DNA of 32,000 nt, taken from contig NZ_CP011035.1 in the NCBI RefSeq assembly GCF_001465295.1, positions 240,001-272,000 of the forward strand, read 5' to 3'. Under the pieces are notes generated by a model that was given only the letters and a program-made list of their open reading frames with translations, searched no databases and was not told the DNA's origin. This stretch comes from Pseudoalteromonas translucida KMM 520 (GTDB lineage Bacteria; Pseudomonadota; Gammaproteobacteria; Enterobacterales; Alteromonadaceae). The first letter of the stretch is position 1; each line of letters opens with the position of its first letter. Below are positions 25,307 to 32,000 of this stretch, piece by piece. The translations under genes and the position numbers were made by a program.

Positions 25307-27427
25307 ATGCGGGAAATAGCGTTAGCGAAAAAGTTATTGTGGCTCTCTGTGGGCAGTATATTTATAACTGTATTAGTACTTTCGAGTATTTTATGGTGGC
25401 AGTTGTCATTAAGTAATAAAGATTTAGCGGCCAAGTCTGAAGAGTATATAGTTGCTGAAGTAGAAGAAAAACTTAATGCAAACGCGGCTGTTTACGGTGA
25501 AAGAATAGCTGGGTTTATTAACGAAGCCTACCGAATTCCCTATACATTGGCAGCATTACTTGGCGACGCAGCACAGAAAAATAGCTTAAACCGAGATACG
25601 GTGGTAAGTATTAACCACGCTATTATTGAAAAAAACACTCTTTTATCATCGGTTTACTCACAGTTTGAAGCCAATGCTTTTGACGGCCAAGACGCCTATT
25701 TTCAGCAAGGTTATAAACACTCTGTTGATGGTGCTGGCACACTTGAAGTATATATTACCCGCGACGAAAACGGTGTTATTGAGCAGCAAAAGGTAGCTAA
25801 CGCCGCAGATAAATACATAACAACACTTAATGAGTTTGGTATTCGAGAGGCGCATTGGTATTTATGTGCTAAAGACACACTTAAGCCGTGTATAATGGAA
25901 CCCTACCTATACGAAATTCCCTCTGGCGATTCGGTTATGCTAACGTCTTTAACAGTACCTATTTTAAAATCAGGTCAGTTTATTGGTATTACTGGCGCTG
26001 ACTTAACGCTACCTATTTTTCAAACCATGACAGAGCAGCTTTCTAAGCAACTTTATAATGGCAAAGCAAAAGTAACCTTGCTGAGTGATTTGGGCTTAGT
26101 GGTTGGTAGCAGTCATTATAAATCTAAATTAGGGCGTCCTTTTAAAGAAGCTGTTAACGCAGTAACGATTAATAATTTAGAAAAGCTAAAAGATAACAGT
26201 GGTATTTTTAAAGCTAACGATCAGTATTTAGTTAATTACCCAATTAATATTAAGCTTGCTAATAAGCAGTGGTCGTTAATTATAGAAGTACCAGCAGAGC
26301 TTGCACTGGCAGGGCCGCAAGCACTTTCGCAAAATATGCAGCAAACTGCGCAGTCACTAGGGGTTATTATTTTAATAACCGGTTTAGCAATTGCAGTTGT
26401 TGCTTTTATTGTTATGAAGCTAGTTATTGGCAGTATTGTTGCCCCACTGCAGCAAATTCAGCAACGCGTTGATAACCTTGCCAGCTCAGAGGGCGACTTA
26501 ACCCATACACTACATGTAGAGTCGCATGCAGAGTTAATAGCATTAGCCGATGGCTTTAATCGATTTTTAACTAAGCTTAGAGTGCTAATTTCACAGCTAA
26601 AAGATGTGTCTGATCAAACTAAGCAGCAAGGCGAAATTGCCCAGCATATTGCTATTGATACTAAACATAATGTACAGGCGCAATTTCACGAAATTGAAAG
26701 CGTAGTTACCGCAATGAACGAAATGAGTGCAACTGCGCTTGAAGTTGCACGCGCATCAGAACAATCGGCGCAACAAGCGGGTGAAATTAATAGCTTAGTG
26801 GTAAGTAGTGAAACGAGTTTGTCATCAGCCATGAGCCAAGTTAAAACCATGTCTGAGGAAATAAAAGAAGCCAACCAAGCGGTGCAAAAAGTGGCGTCGC
26901 GCAGTAACGATATAACGCAAATTTTAGATGTGATTCGTACTATTTCAGAGCAAACTAATTTACTTGCGCTAAATGCTGCAATTGAAGCTGCACGAGCGGG
27001 TGATCATGGTCGAGGCTTTGCGGTTGTTGCAGACGAAGTACGTGCACTGGCGTCAAAAACGCGCTCATCAACCGATGATATTAGCCGATTAATTGATAGC
27101 TTGTTGCTTGAAGTAGGTAATGCCTCAACGGTTATCGAAAAAGGCGTAGTACGGGCTCAAAGTGCAGTTGATGAAACTTCAGTTGCGTTTGATGCACTGC
27201 ATAGCGTGGTAGTTAAAGTGGACGAAATTACCAATCAAATTACGCATATTGCTACCGCAGCCGAAGAGCAAAGCTTAGTGAGCGAAGAAATAAACCGTAA
27301 TTTAACGCTGATCTCAGATGCGGCTTCGCAATTATCTGATTTATCTTCGCAAGCAGGCGACAGCAGTGAAGTACTTAATAAATTGGTTGCGCAACAAGAC
27401 TCAGAACTTAATAAGTTAAAAACGTAA
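25307..27427 (+). CDS. Methyl-accepting chemotaxis protein with a periplasmic dCache-type sensor
   Basis: 706 aa. One TM helix, a roughly 300-aa periplasmic Cache-like region, a second TM helix, HAMP, then the conserved signalling hairpin [37 protein letters not shown]. Confidence 0.9.
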   Translation: MREIALAKKLLWLSVGSIFITVLVLSSILWWQLSLSNKDLAAKSEEYIVAEVEEKLNANAAVYGERIAGFINEAYRIPYTLAALLGDAAQKNSLNRDTVVSINHAIIEKNTLLSSVYSQFEANAFDGQDAYFQQGYKHSVDGAGTLEVYITRDENGVIEQQKVANAADKYITTLNEFGIREAHWYLCAKDTLKPCIMEPYLYEIPSGDSVMLTSLTVPILKSGQFIGITGADLTLPIFQTMTEQLSKQLYNGKAKVTLLSDLGLVVGSSHYKSKLGRPFKEAVNAVTINNLEKLKDNSGIFKANDQYLVNYPINIKLANKQWSLIIEVPAELALAGPQALSQNMQQTAQSLGVIILITGLAIAVVAFIVMKLVIGSIVAPLQQIQQRVDNLASSEGDLTHTLHVESHAELIALADGFNRFLTKLRVLISQLKDVSDQTKQQGEIAQHIAIDTKHNVQAQFHEIESVVTAMNEMSATALEVARASEQSAQQAGEINSLVVSSETSLSSAMSQVKTMSEEIKEANQAVQKVASRSNDITQILDVIRTISEQTNLLALNAAIEAARAGDHGRGFAVVADEVRALASKTRSSTDDISRLIDSLLLEVGNASTVIEKGVVRAQSAVDETSVAFDALHSVVVKVDEITNQITHIATAAEEQSLVSEEINRNLTLISDAASQLSDLSSQAGDSSEVLNKLVAQQDSELNKLKT

Positions 27428-27453
27428 TATTGATTTAGCACTGAGACAAAATA

Positions 27454-27488
27454 AAAACGGCAGTAATTTTAAATTACTGCCGTTTTTG
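27454..27488. terminator. Bidirectional terminator between the chemoreceptor and the TetR gene
   Basis: aaaaacggcagtaattt / aaattactgccgttttt forms a 17-nt perfect inverted repeat with flanking T-runs. Confidence 0.75.
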
Positions 27489-27511
27489 TTCAAATAACTA
27501 AAGTGAGAAAT

Positions 27512-28108
27512 TTATAAGCTTTTTATGATCTTAAACATTTGATCTATCATTGGCTGAGCCAGTGACTCAACACCCGGGCGATTAAAATAACCACGTAAAC
27601 CAGTAAACTGTACTTCAAAAAAGCGTGCATACTCTTGCGCAGATATATTATTACTTAACTCATTTTTTGCTATTGCTTGTTCAAAAAGAACCGAAAGGTA
27701 GTTTTCAAATTTATCAATTAAATCTAAGCTTAGTTGATATAAATTGCTGTCCTTATCTGCAAATTCACAGTTGGCCTTTACCAGCATACAAATAGCACTA
27801 GGTGCACTTTCTTTTTTTGTTATTACATCTTCAACAAAAGCGCGCAGCCCACCCAAAATAGTGTCTGATGTGGATAGGCATTCTTTAATTTGGCTCTCCA
27901 TTTGTACTGTGTAGTCTCTTAAAGACTCAATATAAAGCCCTTCCTTAGAGCCAAAAGCAGAGTAGATACTGCCAGGTCGCATATTAATGGCTTCTTGTAA
28001 ATCACGCGTCGACGTTGCATGAAAACCTTTTTCCCAAAATAGCTGACTTGCAAGGCGGACAACAGACTCACGCTCAAACTTAATTTTATTCGCCATCTCA
28101 TTTCTCAA
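27512..28108 (-). CDS. TetR/AcrR-family transcriptional regulator
   Basis: 198 aa. The N-terminal helix-turn-helix LFWEKGFHATSTRDLQEAINMRPGSIYSAFGSKEGLY is typical of TetR. An alternative start is the ATG at 28096. Confidence 0.88.
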   Translation of the reverse strand: MRNEMANKIKFERESVVRLASQLFWEKGFHATSTRDLQEAINMRPGSIYSAFGSKEGLYIESLRDYTVQMESQIKECLSTSDTILGGLRAFVEDVITKKESAPSAICMLVKANCEFADKDSNLYQLSLDLIDKFENYLSVLFEQAIAKNELSNNISAQEYARFFEVQFTGLRGYFNRPGVESLAQPMIDQMFKIIKSL

Positions 28109-28135
28109 TTATTTGAACACATGCTCAATTTTAAC

Positions 28136-28151
28136 TTGAGCAATCGCTCAA
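28136..28151. promoter_or_regulatory. Candidate TetR operator
   Basis: Palindrome TTGAGC-aatc-GCTCAA in the divergent intergenic region. A third GCTCAA half-site lies at 28123-28128. Confidence 0.4.
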
Positions 28152-28206
28152 AATCAAATAGTATGTGTCTCGAAGTTAACTAACTAATTATTAATTGGAG
28201 CTAAAC

Positions 28207-28749
28207 ATGACAGAATTTACTTTATATACAGCAGAAAATGCACCTGAAGAATCAAAATCTCTTATGGCCGATTCAGTAGCTGCGTTTGGTATGGTACCGA
28301 ACCTACATGCAGTAATGGCAGAAGCACCTACTTTACTTAAAGGTTATCAAGTACTACATGAGCTGTTTCAAAATACGTCATTTAATGCTGAAGAATTAAC
28401 GGTTGTATGGCAATCAATTAACGTTGAACATAACTGTCATTATTGTGTGCCAGCCCACAGTGCTATTGCAGCATCAATGAAAGTTGATCAAGGTATAGTT
28501 GATTCGCTAGTAAATAAAACACCACTTGCTGATCCTAAACTTGAAGCACTTCGTGAAACAACACTTGCAATGGCTCGCGACCGCGGTGTGATCAGTGATG
28601 AGCAAATTGAAAGATTTTTTGCAGCGGGTTATGGCAAGCAACAACTGCTTGAAATTATTGTAGGCTTATCGCAAAAAGTAATGAGCAACTACACTAACCA
28701 CCTTGCAAATACGCCAGTTGATGAACCATTTAAAAAATTCATAAAATAG
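28207..28749 (+). CDS. Carboxymuconolactone decarboxylase / AhpD-like family protein
   Basis: The CHYCVPAH CxxC motif is characteristic of AhpD-like peroxidase-family proteins. A GGAG SD precedes the ATG at 28207, so the ORF-track TTG at 28195 is probably an over-extension. Confidence 0.8.
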   Translation: MTEFTLYTAENAPEESKSLMADSVAAFGMVPNLHAVMAEAPTLLKGYQVLHELFQNTSFNAEELTVVWQSINVEHNCHYCVPAHSAIAASMKVDQGIVDSLVNKTPLADPKLEALRETTLAMARDRGVISDEQIERFFAAGYGKQQLLEIIVGLSQKVMSNYTNHLANTPVDEPFKKFIK

Positions 28750-28771
28750 TTTACAAACTGTAAGTGGTTAT

Positions 28772-28799
28772 GAGAAAGGCAGCCTTGGCTGCCTTTCTC
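28772..28799. terminator. Bidirectional terminator
   Basis: gagaaaggcagcc / ggctgcctttctc is a 13-nt perfect inverted repeat between convergent genes. Confidence 0.7.
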
Positions 28800-28822
28800 A
28801 ATTAATTGTTGTTATAAACGCT

Positions 28823-29350
28823 TTATTGAAACTTAACCTGCTGGTTACTGCGTGTATAGGTGCGGGTTGCAGGCTTTGTCCACTCGCCTTTTTTTAAGTA
28901 CGAGGTTGATACGATAAGTTCATCACCTTTAATTTCGCTGGTAGACTTAACTTTAGTAATGCCTTCTTTATTTCCGGTTACTTCTTCATAGGCTACAAGC
29001 TGAGTGGGGCTAAGTATCTTCATTGTGCCTTTAGTGTAAAACCCCGCCGTAGTGAAATAATAAAATACTAATGAGTCTTTTTTACTATCGTAAAATATCA
29101 TCGACTCGCCGCCATACTCCCCTTCATTGATTGAGTGCATAGTACGAATAGCTTTACCGTTTAAAGCTCGCTGCCATTTACTAATGTCTTGCTTAGGCTT
29201 AGTGCCTTCAGGGACTGTAAAATTAGCCTGCCATGTGCCTAAGTATGGCTTAAATGCACTGAGCTCTTTAGCTAAATCAGTTGGCTGTGCATTTACAGTG
29301 GTTGTAAATACAATGCAAAAGGTTAGTATTAGTTTTTTTAAATATGACAT
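28823..29350 (-). CDS. Exported hypothetical protein
   Basis: 175 aa with the signal peptide MSYLKKLILTFCIVFTTTVNA-QP. No family is confidently recognised. Confidence 0.6.
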   Translation of the reverse strand: MSYLKKLILTFCIVFTTTVNAQPTDLAKELSAFKPYLGTWQANFTVPEGTKPKQDISKWQRALNGKAIRTMHSINEGEYGGESMIFYDSKKDSLVFYYFTTAGFYTKGTMKILSPTQLVAYEEVTGNKEGITKVKSTSEIKGDELIVSTSYLKKGEWTKPATRTYTRSNQQVKFQ

Positions 29351-29411
29351 AATTACTGCCTATTATGAGTGAGTCTGGGGATGGCCTAGATACAGTATAG
29401 GTGAGAGTTAC

Positions 29412-29774
29412 TTGATTAAAAAAGCATTATTACTTTTTTCTATTGGTTTTTTATGTGTATTAACCGTAGGAGGGCTGTTTGGCTATTGGCCTACTATTAC
29501 CGCAAGTGTGTACGTATTTATGAGTACAATTACCATTTTAGTTTATAAGTGGGACAAGCGTTTAGCCATGAGTAAAAAACAGCCTGTGGTGAGAGTGCCA
29601 GAGCGTACTTTACATCTATTAGCGTTATTATGTGGCTGGCCGGGGGCGTTAATCGCTCAGCAATGGTTTAGGCATAAATCACAAAAACGTGTTTTTATAG
29701 CCGTACTTTGGTTTACCATAATTATTAACTGCAGTGCGTTATTTGGTGCCTACTATTATTGGCAACTAGGGTAA
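29412..29774 (+). CDS. DUF1294-family small membrane protein
   Basis: 120 aa, TTG start with a GGTGAGAG SD. The block RVPERTLHLLALLCGWPGALIAQQWFRHKSQK matches the conserved DUF1294 core as I recall it. Confidence 0.65.
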   Translation: MIKKALLLFSIGFLCVLTVGGLFGYWPTITASVYVFMSTITILVYKWDKRLAMSKKQPVVRVPERTLHLLALLCGWPGALIAQQWFRHKSQKRVFIAVLWFTIIINCSALFGAYYYWQLG

Positions 29775-29854
29775 AACATTACTCGTAGATAGCTTAAAGT
29801 AGCTCAAAAAATGACTATTAATTAAAATGTTAAAAATAAAAAGGAATAATATTA

Positions 29855-30379
29855 ATGAAATCTTTTATTTTAGGTCTTTGCCTAATGTTTGTAAGCCTGC
29901 CAGTATTTGCGAATGACTTAGAGCCCGCAATAAAAGACTTTGGCTTTTTTTATAATGTACCTTCACATGCCCCAATAGCGCAAAATACACATTTTAAAAT
30001 TGCCTTTGATATTGGTAAAGGCGCGCAAAAGGGTGAGCAAAATAATGGTATGAATTCTTTAGCGCGGTTTATTAATATGCATATAGCACATGGTATTAAA
30101 CCAGAAAATATAGAGCTGGCACTCGTAATTCATGGCAGTGCAAGCGTAGATGTGCTTGATAATAATACTTATAAAAACCGCTTTGAAGTCGATAACAAAA
30201 ATCAAAGCTTAATTGAGCAATTACTTGCTAATAATACGGTGGTTTATGTATGTGGACAGTCGGCCACGCATTATAAAGTAGCTCCTGAACAGTTAATAAA
30301 GGGCGTAAAAATGTCGTTATCGGCAATGACAGCACATGCGCAGTTACAACAGCAGGGCTATACGCTAAACCCCTTTTAA
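29855..30379 (+). CDS. Exported DsrE/DsrF-like family protein
   Basis: 174 aa with a signal peptide ending VFA-ND. It has a DsrE-like layout (KIAFDI..., VIHGSA, VYVCGQS with a conserved Cys). The assignment is by recollection only. Confidence 0.55.
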   Translation: MKSFILGLCLMFVSLPVFANDLEPAIKDFGFFYNVPSHAPIAQNTHFKIAFDIGKGAQKGEQNNGMNSLARFINMHIAHGIKPENIELALVIHGSASVDVLDNNTYKNRFEVDNKNQSLIEQLLANNTVVYVCGQSATHYKVAPEQLIKGVKMSLSAMTAHAQLQQQGYTLNPF

Positions 30380-30997
30380 TGATAAAAAATATATTATGCT
30401 TTGGGGATTCCAATACTTGGGGTTTCAATCCGCAAACAGGAAAACGATTTGATGCTACAGTACGCTGGCCTGCAAAGCTTGCTGTAAAGTTAGGGGTTAA
30501 TTTTACAATAATAGAAGCTGGGCAGCCTAACCGTACTTTAGTAAATAACTCACCGTTTGCAGGTGAGTTATCGGGCGTGACTTATTTACAGTCTTACTTA
30601 AATGAACTTAAAATAGATTTAATTATTATAGACTTAGGTGCTAACGATCTGAAAAAACGGTTTAATTTAAATGTTCACGATATTGCCGCTGGGTTAACAG
30701 CATTAATAGATTCAATATTGAATTATTATAAGCAATGCGCCAGGCTCTCCAAAAATTTTAATACTTAGCCCCGCTCATGTACGAGAAGTAGGAAGTTACG
30801 CAAGCGTGTACAAAGGGGCAGAGCAAAAAGTGGTGCAATTAGCTGCAGCATTTGCAAATGTTGCTAGTACAAAACAATGCTCATTTTATGACTTGGCAAG
30901 GCTTGCGAGTGTTTCAAGTGAGGATGGTGTGCATTTAGATGAAAAACAGCATCAAAAAATTAGTGATGCATTAGAGGCGATTATTCGTGAGTTTTAA
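30379..30997 (+). pseudogene. SGNH/GDSL hydrolase split by a frameshift (or a sequencing error)
   Basis: ORF 30379-30768 carries block I (CFGDSNTWG) and block III (DLGANDL). ORF 30806-30997 carries block V (DGVHLD). The second frame is open from 30722 and reads NAPGSPKILILSPAHVREVGSYASVYKG, which continues the first frame after ...NYYKQ. This implies a 1-nt indel near 30734-30737. Confidence 0.7.
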
Positions 30998-31078
30998 TTT
31001 TTAAATATTTATTGTAAATATATCATCAGAAACTTGAATTTTCAGTTACTTATGTAATTATTAAAGGACTTTGCATAA

Positions 31079-32000
31079 ATGGGGATACCTCAATTTACAA
31101 TGAAACAGCATCCTAAAAAAATAATAGTAGTACTGCTATCAGGTGGATTTATATTTGCATTAGGTTGCTTTATTCTATTGTACTTTGCGGGTCAAAAATT
31201 AGTAGCGCAAACACGTTCAGACTCACAATATTTACTCTCTCAAGTAGACGATGGTGTAGAGGAAAGCGTTCGTGTTTTAACCCAATTAAATAACCTAAAT
31301 TTTACTACTTGTAACGAAGCGAATTTGCTTGCTATGCGGCGGATGCTATTTGATGCCAAGTTTGCTATTGATATAGGTTACTTCAAAAATAATACATTAA
31401 TCTGTACTACAGGTGCTGGTTTGCTTGAAAAACCTTTACCAGATAACCAACCAGATTATATTGTAAATAAAAACAGACCCTCACAAATAGGCATACGTTT
31501 TGAGCCTGAACTTTACTTATTACTTTTTACTAAGCGCCCACTAAAAGTACTGATTATTCGTCAAGGCAACTATAACCTCATATTAAAATCAGAAGTATTC
31601 GATCCTAAAATTATTGTAACGCCCCATTGGCAGGTTTTTTATAAAGAATCTGAAAACTTATTCCATTTAGCAGGGCAGATAGGGCTTCATAGTAATATAA
31701 AAAGTAATGACTATTTACATTACGAAACGGATATAACGTGTAGTAATAATAATGGCAATTATTGTGTTGCCCTGTATTTGCCATGGGATGTATTTTTTAC
31801 CGATAATCGTCAACTATTTATTATTTCGTTTATTTTAATTTGTTTGGTGAGCATTTCGTGTGGCTTATTAGTTGATGAGCACTTAACTACACGCCGCTCA
31901 ATTGTAAGCAGGATACGTAGGGGATTAAAGAGTGGTAATTTTTATTGGGTTTATCAGCCAATAGTTAATTTACAAAGCGGAAAAACAATTGGTTGTGAGG
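31079..32000 (+). CDS. CSS-motif sensor / EAL-domain c-di-GMP phosphodiesterase (PdeC/YjcC-like), truncated at the right edge
   Basis: Not in the ORF track because it is open-ended. Manual translation gives MGIPQFTMKQHPKKIIVVLLSGGFIFALGCF..., one TM helix, then a periplasmic domain with conserved Cys residues (FTTCNEANLLAMRRMLF, LICTTG, ITCSNNNGNYCVALY). A second TM helix follows, then YWVYQPIVNLQSGKTIGCE, which is the start of an EAL domain. An AAAGGA SD lies 10 nt upstream. Confidence 0.8.
   Translation, partial: MGIPQFTMKQHPKKIIVVLLSGGFIFALGCFILLYFAGQKLVAQTRSDSQYLLSQVDDGVEESVRVLTQLNNLNFTTCNEANLLAMRRMLFDAKFAIDIGYFKNNTLICTTGAGLLEKPLPDNQPDYIVNKNRPSQIGIRFEPELYLLLFTKRPLKVLIIRQGNYNLILKSEVFDPKIIVTPHWQVFYKESENLFHLAGQIGLHSNIKSNDYLHYETDITCSNNNGNYCVALYLPWDVFFTDNRQLFIISFILICLVSISCGLLVDEHLTTRRSIVSRIRRGLKSGNFYWVYQPIVNLQSGKTIGCE

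Noticed and set aside
1-32000. Search by eye for CRISPR arrays, tRNA/rRNA genes, transposases, integrases, phage genes and long direct repeats.
   Set aside because: I found none. The only repeat structures are terminator hairpins, short operator-like palindromes and the arsR-GAPDH inverted-repeat element. A computational scan (tRNAscan, Infernal/Rfam, repeat finder) would be needed to exclude small ncRNAs.

Overview
This window reads as an ordinary chromosomal stretch of an AT-rich marine gammaproteobacterium. The Alteromonadales/Pseudoalteromonas-like assignment is inferred from composition and protein motifs, not from a search. I support about 30 protein-coding genes, two disrupted genes, and no rRNA, tRNA, CRISPR array, transposase or integrase. 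All family calls rest on motif recognition in the translated ORFs, because no BLAST or HMM search could be run.

Gene content, left to right:
- A truncated response regulator.
- A TlpA-like thioredoxin and DsbG pair.
- A large TonB-dependent receptor (TBDR).
- An ICMT-family methyltransferase.
- A tightly coupled minus-strand operon of TBDR, YfiR-like (DUF4154) protein and HAMP-GGDEF-EAL enzyme.
- A PAS-GGDEF diguanylate cyclase.
- A cysteine-free sirtuin, then a pseudo-receiver/receiver protein with no output domain, then a small charged repeat protein.
- An M20 peptidase.
- A Phd/YefM antitoxin with a nonsense-mutated ParE/RelE toxin.
- An SDR oxidoreductase, a lipoprotein, MscS and AstB.
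- OhrR and Ohr.
- ArsR, GAPDH and ArsJ, with a roughly 200-bp nested inverted-repeat element between arsR and the GAPDH gene.
- A dCache chemoreceptor.
- A TetR regulator paired with an AhpD-like protein.
- Several small exported or membrane proteins.
- A frameshifted SGNH hydrolase.
- A CSS-motif EAL phosphodiesterase that runs off the right edge.

The two best candidates for an under-described system are:
1. The TBDR, YfiR-like and GGDEF-EAL module, which spans the envelope (5957-10597).
2. The zinc-ribbon-less sirtuin with its tandem receiver partner (12004-13592).
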